DNA of 64,000 nt, taken from NCBI GenBank assembly GCA_001179505.1, contig CDMY01000592.1, positions 1-64,000 on the forward strand, read 5' to 3'. Made by a program: the position numbers and the translations under genes. Every line of letters begins with the position of its first letter. The stretch's first letter is position 1. The notes below the pieces were generated by a model that was given only the letters and a program-made list of their open reading frames with translations, was not told the origin of the DNA and searched no databases. Shown here piece by piece: positions 12,822 to 32,594 of the stretch. The DNA comes from Vitrella brassicaformis CCMP3155. Taxonomy: Eukaryota > Protista > Chromerida.

Positions 12822-13975
12822 TGTAGAATCTGGAGCAGCCCGTTTGGCCGACTGGCTCCATCTCGGTGCGAAAGGCTCTCAGGGATGATGATGATGATGT
12901 CTTCTTCCTCGACTCGACCAAGGTCTGCACACAGACGGGACGGAAGAGCATAAAAGCACTCAATCCATCAGCATTATAACGCCACCCCCTCACCGTGCGA
13001 TTGCGCTTGCAGCAGCCGGCTGCTCGTAATTAACAAGACGCACACAGATGACGTGCAACTGCAACTGCAACTGCAGATCTGGCTGCACGATGACGTGCTC
13101 CCGAGGGGGCGAATGCTGTTGACTGCGGGCGAATAGGCATCCCTCTGCCCGTTTCCCTGATAGATCAAGCAGGCAAGAAGCCACCCCCCGCTGTCTCTTT
13201 CTTTCTTTCGTTGCCTGCCGACGTACGTCAACGTCATAAAGCCTCAAGGCCTGAAGGCCTCAAGGCCTTCTCACTCTTCCTCCTTCCCTTTTGGTTTGCG
13301 AGCGCCTTCGACACACGGCAGCAGAAAAGAAATTGGTCAGCAGTGGAGCGGAGACACACGACTCTGGTTTTCGACACTAGGATACAAGTAGGGTTTCTAG
13401 AGACGTGGTGTCGCAGAAGCTCGCAGAAATCGAACAGCTCAACTGGACGCAGATGTGACCACACGTCATTCGCGCCCTTCATCGAGGCTCCTGATGAGCT
13501 CACAGGTCCACCAAAATCGCCGTAAAGGGCTCATTTGCCAATTGGATCGAGTGAGGATCGAATTGCCGGTTTTCTCGAATCTGGCAAATTCGTTTGGCGA
13601 TTTTGCTTATTGATTATCTTCTGTGTTCAACCACCTGTCGATTGGCTGAAGAAAATGCGCCAAAACATGCAGGAAATGGGAGAAAAGGCCATGTGGTCAA
13701 GCTCGCAATGGGCGTTGCTCGCGTTTTCTCCTTCCCCTCCCCTTCCCCTTCCTCTCCCGTGAGAACAGATCACAGAGATCACAGAACCTCATGGCTTCAT
13801 CTGTTGTTATGCTTTTGTTCTCATGTTCGTCTGCTTCAGATGCGCACGAACTGGCGATGCAGATCTTGGTGGCTGATCTGAGGCCGTCCCGGCAGCCGTC
13901 GTAGTGACGGTGACTATGACGTTGAGAATCAGCACCATGCGCCTGCTGATGCAAGGATAGCATAGCAGCGGAAGC

Positions 13976-19264
<5,289 letters not shown>

Positions 19265-19795
19265 TGTGTGGTCGTGCAGTTGGTGTGTACAGCTTGGGGG
19301 TGCGGACACGAGGAGAGGATGGATGCACCACCCTGATGGGAACGGTACGGTCTGGCGGTGGCTGTGTGCGGTTGCGTGGTACGAACACGCACCCATACGA
19401 CTGAGTGGCGGTAGGTAGTGAATTGTGTTGATGCCACAGAATACACATCGTGTATGTGTGTGTGTGTGTGTGTGTCTGCTTAAGCCTTAATGATGTGTGC
19501 CGTGGATATGTTGGGTTTTTGACGACCCATTAATGGCGTTGTTGTAGTCGACTGTGTGGCACAAACACGTTTAATTGGTCGGTACACGACGCAGCATACA
19601 ACACGACACACACACGCACATGGAGGAATGCATGCAATCAAGTCAAGCCAAGCCATCATGGCGGCAGTATTCCCTCGACTCTCAAGCATCCGTCCATCCA
19701 TCCATCCAACCATCCGTCCGTCCATCCCTCTACATCTACTTCCGTCTGTCTCCTCTCTCCAACCAACAATCCATCCATTTCTCTCAATCACTCCA

Positions 19796-22700
19796 TCAAG
19801 TGGTGTCCGTCCCTCCGCCATTCCCACTACCAGACGCCGCGGCAGCAGCAGCAGCTGCAGCACCCACAGCCCCTCCCCCTCCCCCGCCCCTGCCCCCTCC
19901 CTGTCCGCCCCGCACCTGTCTCTGCCGCAGGTATGGGTCGTTGAAGGCCTCGAGGACATCGGGCCTGGCCGACACGTCCGGGTTGAGGAGGCGTCTGAGG
20001 AATGCTTGAGCCTCCTGGGAGAGCTTGGGGGAGGGCGGGAAGGTGAGTGAGTGGGGGGCGAGGGCGGCGATGGTCTGGTTGCGCATGACGGTCGACTGGC
20101 TCTGCCCGTGGCCGAAAGGGCGCTGGCCGAAGATGAGCTCGAAGAACATCACGCCGGCCGACCACACATCAACCTGAACACACACAGACAAAGACAACAC
20201 CCACCCATTCAGTTTCGCACTGACGGATACATATTTTCCATGGCGACAAAGGGAGGGACCTTGCTGGATATCTTGGGTGTGGTGCCGGGCGGCGGGAAGC
20301 ACTCCGGCGGGAGGTACCAGTATGTGCCGGCCCCGATGGTGGTGAGTTCGATGGCGTCCTCGCCGCCGCCCAGCTTCTTGGACAGCCCGAAGTCGGTGAT
20401 CTTGAGCTGCCCGCGCGAGAAGAGGATGTTGGACGGCTTCAAGTCGTAGTGGATCACTTGCTGCGGCCATCCATCCATCCACGACACACACCCATAAGAG
20501 ACACATCGATAGGGAGGCATGCATCCAGCCACCTCCCACCAACGTACCATCTGTGAGAGGTACTTGAGCCCCGCGAGTATCTGGATGAGTATGCCCTTGG
20601 CCTCTTTCTCGCCCAGCGCGCCATGCTCCTTCAGATACGAGTCGAGGTCGGTCCCCGGGCAGTACTCGAGGACGCTCGCGAACTCGCTGCTGGATATGGC
20701 GATGCGGTTGTAGTTGGTGACGATGCGCGAGTGGCGGAGCTTGCGGTGCAGGTCGCTCTCGCGCAAGGCCAGCTTGACGTAGTTCTCGCGCTGGACGGGG
20801 TGCATGTCCTCGCGGATGGCGTGGATCTTGAGGGCGACACGGCAGCACTCCTGCAGGTCGTAGGCCTCCCACACCTCGCTGAAGCCGCCCTTGCCGATCA
20901 TGTTGAGCAGCTGGAAGCGCAGACCGTGACGCTCGAGGATCTGGAAGTTGCGCCACTGCGACACCTCCTGCGCCTTGTAGGTCCGCCACTCCTACGCCAA
21001 CACAAAAAGAGACATGGGTAATGTTTGTTGCGGCGGGGGGGCTAGGGGGGTGGGAGTGGCGTGTGTACCTTTGAGAAGACGACCCTGTTTCGCTTGAGCA
21101 GGTTGAGCCGCTCCTTGATGGCGGCCTCCTCCTTCTTGAGGTACTCCATGCGATTGTTGCACAGCTCACGCAGCACCCATATCCCCTCCTCGTCCTCAGG
21201 CAGCACCGAAGGCATCCGCCACGCGCTATTCGACTCGGGGGTCGTCGACAACACGCCACCACCACCACTTAAAATGCCCCCAACACCACCACCACTGCCC
21301 ATGGCTATGTCATGATCAGCTACGCCCCCACCCTGCTGCTGCTGCTGCCCCTGCTGCCCGACGTCATCCCCACCATACCCCTGGTCGTCTGATGCCGCTG
21401 CCGCCGCTGCTGCTGCTGCTGCTGCTGGTGGACGTGACGGCAGCTCTGGGACTTTGAATTGGCCTTGGTTGTTGTGTTCGGGCGGGGGAGAGAGTGGGGG
21501 TGGGGGGGCCGCTGCAGCGGCGTTGCGCTTGCGGTTCTTCTCGACTGTCTTGGTGAGGTTGTTTCGGATCTGCTGGATCTCGGCCTTCTCCTGGTCGATG
21601 CGCCGCTGGAGTGCCGATATCTCGTCCTGCTCGGTGCCGCCCTCCCACTTGCCGTCGACCGTCGGCTGGCCGAAGCGCTTCCGGTCCTCGAGCAGCTTGA
21701 GCTCCTTCTTCTCGCGCTCCAGCTTGGCCTTCTCCTTGACGATCTCCACCAGCTCCATGCGCGCGTTCTCCAGCTGCTTGCCCACCTGCTTCTCATATGA
21801 CTCGAACTTGGCCCGGGACCGCTCCATCTCGCTGGCCTTGTCGTCACGCACTGCCTGCAGCTGCTGCTTGAGCTGTCCCACCTGACGCTCCAGCGCACTC
21901 TCGGCGGGGCTCTTGCCGCCGGTGTTCGGCTGCCGAGCTGATGCTGATGCTGCTGCTGCTGATGCTGCTGCAGCCGCTGAGGCGTCTGCGGCCTTCTTGG
22001 CCCCTCCTCGCCCCTGCCCCTGGCCGTCGTCCTTGAGCTTGCTCCCGCCCTTGGGTGCGAAGTAGGTGGTGATGGGCCGACACCCCGCTGGCCGCTCCGT
22101 GGTGGCGGCCTTGCCCCCCTCCCCCTCGTCCCCAACAGATGACGGCCCCCCAGCCGCCTCGTCACTACCCCTTCCCCCACCCCCATTGGACACCCTCAAC
22201 ACACCACCTCCCTTGCGCCCCTTGCCGCCGCCACTGTCCTGCTTCTTCCCATTGCTGCTGGCCTTGTTGTGTCCGTCAGAGGGGCTCCTCTGCACGGGTT
22301 TGGGAGGGGGAGGGCCGCTGACAATGTCGTCGTCAGTGATCTCCACGGGCGCCCCAGCGCTGTTGCCTGCGATGGCGATGGCGATGGCGTTGCTGGCAAA
22401 TGCTGCAGATGCAGAGATTGCTGGAATGACGTCGGCCGCCGGCGATTGGTCGGGGGGTGGTGACACGGGAGAGGGGGAGGGACAGGGGGAAGGGGCAGCT
22501 ACACGGTCTTCAGGTGGCTGGACCACGCCGTTGACGCCGTTTACACCAACACCACCCACACCGTTGCCACCGCTGCTACTCGGAGGGGCGGCAGACTCGT
22601 CCAAAGCCATCGGCAGCACACCTCCATCATCGCCACTGCCGCTGGCCGCCATCCGTCCCCGTGCGATCGTCATGCTCTCCCCCTCCTCTCCCTCCTCCAT

Positions 22701-23078
22701 CTCGTTCGGAGGCGATGCGTTGGGCGAGAGGTTGGGCGACATGTTGCGGCTGGAACTTGTGTGTTGGCCGCCCCTGGCTCCTCTCATGTCGGTGCGTCGG
22801 CGTTTCTCCTGGACAAAGTCGGGCGGCTTGACGGGGTGCGCCGCGCCGGGCTGCGCCCTGCCGGGGTCGAACTTGGTGGGCATGGCGGTCTTGCGCTTCC
22901 CAGCACCATTGCCATTGCCATTCACCGCTGCCAGTGCCGCTGGTGCTGGGCCGCCGTGGATGGAATGGTTGGATTGGCCAGATCTGTCCTGCTCACGGTC
23001 CTGGTCGTGGTCGTGGTCCTCCTCCTGCTCGTGGTCGGATGGGGCGGGGGAGAGGTCCATCTTGGCGCTGGTGGCCAT
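19796..23078 (-). CDS. TLK: Tousled-like kinase with long low-complexity and coiled-coil N-terminus
   Basis: IGKGGFSEV, VALKIH, LEYCPGTDLD, IHYDLKPSN, ITDFGLSK, GAGTYWYLPPECF, KISSKVDVWS, RPFGH are TLK signatures; coiled coil in the ~2 kb first exon. Confidence 0.93.
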
Positions 23079-23303
23079 CACCAGCATCGTGTGGATAGAC
23101 GGACGGACGGACGGACGGACGGACAGATGGATGGACGCACAGATGGATGCGCAGATCAGGTCATGGCCGGCCGTTTATGGGGGGAAAGATGGTAGTTAAC
23201 GCGTTAAGAGGCCATTTTGCGAGCTCTCAGGCGATCCTTTGCCTCACCGTTGCCCCCGTATGATGAAAGTAGCCTCTTGCGAGTGAGTGAGTGAGTGAGT
23301 GCG

Positions 23304-25118
23304 ATGGGCAACGCGTACGTCGTCCCGCGGAAGACCACCGACGAGGCCTCGCCGTCCGTCCACGGCCAGTGCCTCGACTTCATTCACCGCGACGACAGAT
23401 ACCAGCTCTACGACGAGGCCAAGGACATCGGCCGCCTCAGGACCGCAGCCCGCTTCGTCGGCAATGACCACTTCCCTGCCCAGACGCTCCGCAGCCGACT
23501 GAATTGGTCACTCCATCGCATTCGGCTCGCCGATGGGACCCTGCTGGACACCGTGATAGCCTTCGACCCGCAGTCGGTGACCGAGGCGCGGCTGCTGCTG
23601 GCGGCCATGTGGATGGTGGAGCAGCAAAGATGGGACGAGGTGGCCGAGGTGCTGCGGTGGGCCAGCCAGTGTGGATGCTGCACGCTGCCCGTCAACCTCA
23701 CTGCAGCCGGCATCAACAAACACGCCGACAAGACGGTGGGACTCACAGGGCGGGAGGGAGCAAGAAATGGCCTCATTTGCTCATCCATGTGTGTGTTGTG
23801 TGTGTGTAGGCGTATGTGTCGCTTCCCCGTGTGTTGGCGCAGCTGATGGTGGCGGGGCGCCATGTGGACTTCGGTGACGGCAGCCGGCTGGAGCTGTTCC
23901 GCCATGGCCATCAGGTGCGGGCCATCAACAACCAGCCCGGCTACCGGCTTACCCTCGACCCGCACCTCCCGCCCGGCCACCTGTACCCGCAGCACCGACT
24001 ACAGGACGACCCGCCAGTGCACACCCGCATCGACTACTCGAAGGTCCACGGCAGATGGGGGTTGTTCGTCAACTCCACCGATGCGTCGGTGTCGTCGTGC
24101 GCTAAGCGTTTGATCGTCGACCACTTCGAGGGGACTCACCAGACCAATAGCACAACGAAATTCCTCGACAGGTAACCCACCGATGGCACCAGTGGGTGAG
24201 AGGGGTGCGTGTCTGATTGTGTGCGTGTGGTGTGGTTGGTTCAGGTATGTCGGTGGCGGCCGTCTGGATGCCCTCCTCACCGAGTCGCCCCACACACCGG
24301 TGGACGGATGCGGCACCGCATTCAGCTACCAGGACGGTCGTCTGCGAAAGCTGGTGCTCACCAAGAGCACCCACAACTTCGTCGCATGGATTTACATCAT
24401 CGAGCTTTCGGGCAACGATGGTCAGGCCGACAGACAGACAGACAGACAGACAGCTCTGCTGGTCACGTGCCACTAATGTCTCTCCCTCTTGTGTCTGCAG
24501 TGGGCGTGGCTGTCCATACGACCGAGGCTGCTGCATCTGGTGTGGGTGGTGCCTTCAGGGACCGCTTCCTCGACACGACCGCCCTGGCTCGTCTGGCGGT
24601 GGGGGCTGGAGTGGCGCGTTACGTGTTCGACGGACAACAGCCGCCGCAACAGTCCCGGCCACAGCCACAGCCGCCACAGCCACAGCAGCAGGGGGGCGAT
24701 GATAGTGACGACGATGGTACGGACAGACAGAGGGAGGGAGGGAGAGAGGGAGGGACACACACAAGAATGGATGGATGGATGGATGTGCCTTCCCTCTCTG
24801 TCTGTGTGTGGTGTAGATGAGGACGGCGGTGATCAGGGTGACGACTATGACGACGATGACGGTGGCGAGAGAGCAATGCACACACACACACACACACAGA
24901 CACGTGTGGATGGATGGATGGTGCAGATGGAGACGTTGATGAGGGCGATGACGATGATATAGATCCCAACGACGGACAAGACGGCAACGGAGGTACGCAT
25001 CACAGCACAGCACAAATCCCCTGGCTCCTGTCGATTTGCATCATTCGTCTATCTGTCTGTCTGTGTGTGTGTGTGTGTGTTTGTGGGTGGATCAGGTAGC
25101 GACGAGTACTCGGAGTGA
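23304..25118 (+). CDS. Family X copy A: lineage-specific protein of unknown function with acidic tail (apparently intact)
   Basis: Exons 23304-23735, 23810-24171, 24245-24420, 24501-24716 plus three short Asp-rich exons, phase-consistent; three paralogs in the window. Confidence 0.8.
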
Positions 25119-25879
25119 CTCGTGAGGCGGACACGGCAATGGAGGCAAGAGGGGCTGTCGAGGCCGTCAAGTGCCCACAGACATACAGTGTGATGATACG
25201 TGGATCGGTGCGTGGGGGTGGAGAAGAGATGGCCTTCATGGCTAACTGTTGGGGGCTATGGTGTGTGAGAGTGTGGCCGTCTGTGTAGAAGAATTGAGCA
25301 GCCCATCAGCTGAGCCGCTGCATGTGGGTCTACACACTGGTTTTGTTTTGGCAGTGAGAGTGAGAGGCGCCACACAGACCCATATGGACTGTCTGACGAG
25401 GGAGGGAGGGAGCAGACCAGGGAGGCAGACAGCACGGTCCTCACCTTGTCTTCCAACACACACAGAGCATCCTCTCTCTCATCCATACGTCGACTTTTTG
25501 TGTACGGCACACGCACGTGTGAGGGCTTTGATGGATGGATGGATGGATTTCCATTTTTGGGTCGGGCCACCGATGCAATCGGCCGGTTGCAGCGCTTATC
25601 CATCTTTGCATGAGAGTTGTGTTGTATCCCGGCCACTCACACACACAGGACAGAGGAGCGCAGCGCCAACCGATGTGGGATCACTTGCTGACAGACAGGG
25701 AGGGAGGGAGGGAGTGGTGTTAGCAAGACCATCCATCCATCCATCTGTGGAGCATTGTCTTCTTCGTTACATACACACAGACATGGCAGTGTGTGTTTCA
25801 CACTGATTGCCCGTCCACTCACACGTCACCACACCACACCACACAGACATACAGACAGACAGACCGCTGCCATGAGTCA

Positions 25880-26800
25880 GTCATTTTGCCTTACTGTCTG
25901 TCGGGGCGGCTTCCTCTCTCTCTCTCTCTCTGTATGTGTGTCGCTTTGAGTTCATATATGTGTGACCCCCTGCACGGCACTCGGGACGAGGCGCTTTTGC
26001 TGAGGGCTTTCGTGTGCACAGCCACACACACTGACTGGAGTGATGCGCTCCAATCCTCCTTATTGCTCGCGGTGTGCAGATGGATGGCCATGTGCTCATG
26101 ACTGGTCGGTCTCTGCTGCCTTGATTGCCTCAGTTTGGCTCTCTCGCGTCCTTCTCCCTCTGTCTGTCTGTCTGTCTGTCTCTGTGTGTCCGTATTTGTA
26201 TGTCCTCTGTACACACCAATACACACGTATGTACATACAAACACACATTAGGTATATACACATCACACATTCCTGCGTCCATGACCTCCTTCTCGGACTG
26301 TGTGGCCTGTTCGTGGCTTCCTCTCTGCTGACGATGGCTGGCTTCTCTCTCTCTCTCTCTCTCTCTCCGTGAATGAATGGCTGGATCGGCCTCTTTCGCT
26401 GAAATCATCGTCATCGTCGAGACGGGGGGCAGAGGGTGGGGGGGGGCAAGCTTGGATGGAGTCTCCAAGTTCTTGTTGAATCTCTGCAGCTCGCGTGCAG
26501 AGAAAGAGCCCTTTCACTCCATCCTTCTCTTCTCGGCGAGATTTCTCGACGCGAGAGACAAGACACTTTATTTGATTGATATCATGATGATTGCAACCTA
26601 TTTCGTGAGCACTGCCGGGCTTTTCCTCCTTATCGGACTTCTTGCGGCCACATCTCCTCCATTTCCTTTTCTCTCGGGCTGCTTGTCGTCCTATGTGGCT
26701 CGCCGAAGCCCCTCCCAAGCCCTCCAGCTTGTCCGGATGTCAGCCGTCACTTCTTTATTGCGCCTCCTGCCGACGGGCAGCCCTCAGCCGTTGGTACCCT
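25880..26800 (-). pseudogene. Hypothetical charged/coiled-coil gene remnant (paralog at ~57850-58700 on +)
   Basis: LEGLGGASASHIGRQAAREKRKW...LVSRVEKSRREEK conserved in both arms, with indels and no clean start. Confidence 0.35.
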
Positions 26801-27304
26801 GCCGCCTGCCGAGAGCGTGGCGCGTGTCTGGCGACCGCCCAGCCCGGTGTCCTCTTTCTCCCTCGTGGAAGCCTCCGTCAGGTCAGTGCGTGTGACTTAT
26901 GTGCGGTGATGCGAGCGGCCCTTATAATATGTGCGCACACCTGTTGGTCACTCCTGACATGTGCGCTCTCACATCTGCTGCTGCGTCTGTGTGCAGATGA
27001 GTTTTTGAAAAAGGCCGTCCCGTTTCTCGATACACTCCTCAACAGGCAGTAAGCCGATTCTTCATTGTGCAGTGTCGAAGTCAATTCTTACTGCCAGGGC
27101 CCTCCTCTGCCCTTCAATTCAGCTCTCTTCAGCATGGCGACACTCCTTTGCAATAGTGTCATCAAAGCCTTCGATCTCGACACGAGGTGGATGTCTCGTC
27201 TCGTCTGTCCGCTCATCGATGTGCATCTGCATGTCATGAGCAGCAGGGCGGGGTGGGCGAATGGCACACCGTACACATCGCCTTGGTGATCGCTTGCGTC
27301 GGTC

Positions 27305-28050
27305 ATGGATATCTCCGTCGGGCAAGTTGTTGCTGCGCATTCTTGGCGAAGAGCGACGGGTGAGCGCTACACTCTTACAGACAGCACGATTACATCGCAT
27401 GAGAGCCAATCCATCCATCAATCATGCTCTTTGCCTTTTCTTTGGGCCTCGTGTGGGGATGACTTGCCAACAGACGGGCGCCGCACACTCCAGGTCATGA
27501 CAACTGTCTGCTTCAGTTGTTTGCCAACGTCACGCCACTCACGGCCGAAACCTTCCGCGCCTTGTGCACAGGAGAGAGAGGAAATGGCCAGTCGGAGAGA
27601 CCACTGAATTACCGGTAAAAGGGCAACAGGGCCAACCAAAGTTGTCTCCCAACTGACGTTTGCTTCGGTTATAGGGGATGCGTTTTCTGTATTAATGGAG
27701 ACGTCTTTGCAAGTACACAACGAGGAACGGTCTGAATGTGAAAGGATATCTTTGTTGTCAGGCGGCGACATCGTCTACAATACGATGGCAGCCGATAACG
27801 GCGACTCCATCTATGGCCAATTCTTCCCCGACGAGAATTTTCGTATCCGACACGACAGGAGGTATTTACTCTCAATGTCGAACACAGGTATGAAAAAGCG
27901 ACATACAAACCTCATCGGAAGTATGTGGCTGTGACACGCAGGGCCAAACAGGAACAACAGCCAATTCTTCATCACAAACAGACCATACCCGTATCTCGAA
28001 GACGGCACGTGCGTAGTATTCGGCAGGGTAGAGTTTGGATATGCACCTGC
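27305..28050 (+). pseudogene. Degenerate cyclophilin (PPIase) gene, copy A
   Basis: Exons MDISVGQ, LFANVTPLTAETFRALCTGERG, GDSIYGQFFPDENF...[19 protein letters not shown]...DGTCVVFGRV; the FHRIIPGFMCQGGD active-site block reads FCINGDVFASGD. Confidence 0.8.
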
Positions 28051-30060
28051 GCATATCCAAACTCTACCCTGCCTCCCCCAAAGTCCATCGCCGGAGAAAC
28101 CGCACCCGTCCGCCTCTCCCTCGACCGCGGCCGAGCAGGTTCCTCCCTCCCTTCATTCTGCTCCGAGTGGGGCGTTCGTGCACCCGCATGGAAGCCAAGG
28201 AGGTCGGCTGCAGCGCTGTCGTCGCTTGTATGACCTTCATGCCTCGTCGCTTCTCCTGACGTTGCTGCTCGTCATCGCAACGAGGGCGTCCACGCCGGGC
28301 CCGGTCAACGAGGCAGACAACACCAACGGGCGAGAAGCATTGCAGATTGATCGTCTCCATGCTCTTGCGGCATGGCCAAGAACGGAAGTAAAGGAAAGGA
28401 GTGAGGTCGTGTGCATCCGCATTTGCCGCTGGTCAGACGCAAGCTGTGAGCAAGGCGCTACAGGCTGAGGCCGGGTTGATCTCCGTGCTCATCGAGGCCG
28501 TCAAGTATGACTTCTTCTTCGTTGTGGACCGGATAACAAGTAGGAAGATCCCAGTCTTGCAGAGATGCACAAGATGCTTCTTGTGTTCCCTGGTCCAGTG
28601 CGCCATTTCGAGCCGCTTCTGTACAAGCTGACGGGACCAGTCTCGAAGGTCTTGCAAGACATCGACGAGGCCCACGGCTGCCTGTCGCCGCGAAAGACCC
28701 TACTCCGTCCCGTATTCAGGAAACGACCGCCCTTACCCGAGAGCAGCAGGTACGGAACACATCAGACAAGAATCCATCCACAGATTATCTCTATGTCTGT
28801 CGGTGTCTCTGTTTGTCTGTCCTTGTGTCTGTCCTTCAGCAAGAAACCCGGGATCAGCGGCATGAAGTATGATCGCTCGATGGAAGATGGGCATTGGGCA
28901 TTGCTGCCTCCATTTTAAATTTGCCGGCGCTTGTCGTCCATCACTCGTCTGGTAGGTGGGGGCAGGCGTACGTGTGTGCGGATGTCAGGTGAGTGAATTT
29001 TCGTGTACTCACACTCACGCGCGCGCCTCTGTGTCTCTGGCGGCCATCCGCCTCAGAACATGTGTTGGAGTATGTTAAGACCGAGCAGGAGATCAAGACT
29101 CAGCTGCCGTCACGGACGACGGCCCTCAGACGAGCTCGATGTCTCTTTCTTCGAGTGCGTAGACAGAGAGACACCAGTGAGTAAGTTCACTCACTCACCT
29201 GTTTGTTTCCGTCCCGGCTGTGTCGGCCGGTGGTGTGGATTTGTTTCAGTGCCCTCCACACTAGCCCGCACCACCGATGCAACGCCGATCAGCTAGCCGC
29301 CCATCGCCCCTGTGCAGCAGCCACCCATTGCAGGCGTCATACGAGAAGGGGACGTAGGGGATGTGTGTGGATGGTATTACTTCGTTTTGTTGGTGGTGTT
29401 GCGATCCCCACTCGTCGCTGATGGACGCGAAATGGTACACATCCGCTCGGCACAGCGGGTATGTTCCATCTTACACTCGTCCGCGACACTTGGTGACTCG
29501 ACCAGTGGTGCATCACGCGCACACGTGACCAAGACAGATGAGATGGTTTGGTCTGCGTGTCCGTATGTGCGTGTGTTGTGCACAGAGAATGGTCATATGG
29601 CCAGGGCTTGATTGTGTGGTGGGTTTGTGTGTAGGGAGAGAGGCAGGGAGGGAGGGGCATGGATGGATGGATGGATGGATGCGTGTGTGGATGTTGTCGC
29701 ATGAGTGTGAATGAAAATGAGTGGCTTGCCTGCTTCCATTGAACTGCTCCTTCTCATACACAGCCGGCCGTGTGTCACAGATACATACCCGATGTGACAG
29801 GCACTGCTTGCAGTGAGTGAAGACACTCAACCAACTCAATTGCCGCCATGTGTTCAGAATCAGAAATCGGTGGGTCCATCGCACACGCACACACACATAC
29901 ACACACACCAGCCGCATCAGCCATGACGAAGCCACACGTTCTTCATTGTGATGTCTGGTTGTACGGTATGAGACTCGACAGACAGCCTGACGTCACAACA
30001 CACACGCGTGCACAGAAACGCCGTGAATCGGTGTCCTGCCTCACAGGCCACCCTGACCGT

Positions 30061-32594
30061 TTAAGAGCCACGAGTTGCCTCCAGCACAATTTCCTCACTA
30101 TCGCGCCAATGGCGGATGGTGAAGTCGCCGATGCTCGTGTCGTCGGCGAGCACCTGCCAGATGGCATCGCCAAGGTCGTCATGCACTCCCAGCCCCAGCC
30201 GCACACGCCTCAGGCCCCGCACGCCAGCGTTGAGCAGAGACGTCAGGCCGCTCCTAACGAGATCGGCAGCGTCAGCGGGCTCTAACTCAGCGGGGACTGA
30301 ATGAGGACACACACACACACACACACGCACACAGGGCGGATGCGCACACAAGATGTATGGACGAACACCTTCCTGCACTCACTGTATTCCCGCATACCTG
30401 ATATTATGTGTATCTCTATCATCCTAATCGATGGAAAGCCCTCTGAGCCCCACCCGTCAAAAAGGCCGCCCACACCCCACTCATCACCCACAAAGACATC
30501 AGCCACCTGCCTCCCCGCCCCCAGCGCCTCCAGCACAGTCCTCCTGGGGACGATGTGTGGACAAGCGAGTGCATGGATGCGATCTGTTGATTATCTCTCT
30601 CAGTACAGGAGCGTTAGTGCCCAGGAGCGCTCGAGCTATATTGACAATTCGCTGGTGAATGGACCAGCGCTGGTTGATGTGTCTGGCGGGTGCTCTCCAT
30701 GACTAAATGAGTCCATCGAGTGTCCGTCACTCCCGTCTGTCTGTCTGTCTGTCTACCCCCTGATCTCGCTCTCCATGCCCTTCTTGATCTGGGCTATCTT
30801 GTCGTCGAGCGTCGGCATCGCACGCCAGGCCTCCTCGGTCGCAATCGGCAGGACCCTCCATCCCTCATGCTGAGCCACACGGTACCTGCCATGGCAGGCA
30901 GGCACCACACACGCCAATACCCACAGAGATATAACGACAGACACGCAAACAGAGGGAGGGCCGAACGAATGAATGGTCGCGCACCTCACCTCCACTTCTG
31001 GACGGCTCTCCTCTGTGTCTTGTGGTTCATGTAAAAGGCATCGGGGGTCTCACAGGCATACACCACCTGTGGACTCACACAGCACAACACAACACACACA
31101 CGAGACGGTGAATGAGCCAGCAACAATGCTGCTATGGCATGGCCACATAGGCGGTGCGGTGCAGCGCAGCTGCCACCCACTGGTTGGCCGACCTGACCTT
31201 CTTGTCTGCATCTCTGAGTGAGTGGTGGAAAAGGCCGATGAGGGCGGGGGCGGTGTCGTGGGGCACCTCCATGGCCTTGAGCGTCGCCGACACGTCCTTC
31301 TCAAAGGCTGACAGGTAGGTGCTCTCCTCACCCTGACAGACAGACAGACACCGAACACACACTCACACAGATCGATGGCCGGCAGGCTGCGACCCTCGTC
31401 TGTCTGTCCCTCACAGGCGACGCTTCGTATGTGTGGGTGGGTGGCGGCTCGTGTGCCTCCGATCCGTCGACCACCACAGACAGGAAATCGCGAGAGCGAA
31501 GGTCGAACTCCTCGTAGCCGCCCTTCCGCTGCACACACCATGGCCACACGCACCCCACACATGAGAGTGCTATGACGTGTCCGCTGGTGTGTGCCTAGCT
31601 ACATGGTGCTTGTAGAGGTAAGTGGCCAGCTTGAGGGTGAGCATGTCGTTGTTGCCGAGGTCCATCTCGTTGAGCGAGCATACGTTGACGAGCCGGGTCA
31701 GCACGGGGGCGTCCATACGCCGCGACAAGACGCACGCCAACACACCCACAGCGGCAGTGGGACCGTCCACCGTGTCGGCATAGACCTGCAGGGTGTCCAG
31801 CAGCACACCTGTCACACCTACACATACACACCCACAACACAACACAGTCCAGTGGGCTCTCTCTCTCTCTCCTCTCTCTCCCCAACCGCCAGCCAATCAC
31901 CGCTCTGCACGTCTTTGTCCCTGGTCCGATCTCCCTCGATGGTGCACATAAGCAGATGGCCCAAGGCCTCCAGAGCGGCTCTCCCCTCCCCCTCAAGCGC
32001 CACAGCCGCCTGCACCCTCTCGGCCGCCTGGCGCATCATGGCCTCGTCGACGAGGACGCCACTGCCGCTGAACAGCCGAAGCACCAGTGACAGATCCGTC
32101 AACGGCAGGCTCTGCACCTGAACACACAGACACCATCCGACGAATCAATCATGGCGCCTGCTCCCTTGCACGTCTTTCTGTCACATTCTGACCTGTGTAA
32201 GGGTTGCTGGATCGTCCATCACAGCCGTGTACAGGTTCTTGACGTACTCAGACGACCGCCTCCACTGTGTTGCCTCGCGCACCCGCTGCTGCACCGCATT
32301 CATGAGCTGATCCGCCACCGATATGGACTGATCAAAGACGGGCGCCGACTGCCCCTGAGGCCCCTCCATCTCTCCAGCAGTTTCGCCCTCGCTGTCACTG
32401 GTGTGTGCCTGGTGCGACACTGCTGATGCTGATGATGTTGCCTCTGCTGCGGATGACATGTGCCTTGCCCGTGGCATGGCGTGAGAGGGGAGGGAAGGAA
32501 GTGGGCAGAGGGATGAGTTGCACGGCAGATGCAGCGCGGGAAGCGGCTGGAGGGGCCGGGAGGCAGGCCGACACAGATGCCGGGCGGACCGCAT
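30061..32594 (-). CDS. Hypothetical helical protein with a probable organellar (mitochondrial-type) transit peptide
   Basis: N-terminus MRSARHLCRPASRPLQPLPALHLP is Arg/Ser/Pro-rich and acid-free; several Leu-rich helical exons with GT-AG boundaries; stop TAA at 30061-30063. Confidence 0.6.

Larger units (their letters stand above)
23298..27150. repeat. Inverted segmental duplication, arm 1 (partner 57470-61318)
   Basis: Colinear reverse-complement similarity over the gene, introns and downstream DNA; compare ORFs 23295+/60803-, 25249+/58989-, 26263-/57941+. Confidence 0.9.

Noticed and set aside
13000-13900. ORF fragments such as EDRIAGFLESGKFVWRF and short tandem repeats (gcct(c/g)aag x3, gcaact x3)
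   Set aside because: No consistent splice model or recognisable homology; the repeats are too short to interpret
22066-23199. 377-aa plus-strand ORF
   Set aside because: Antisense shadow of the GC-rich low-complexity first exon of TLK
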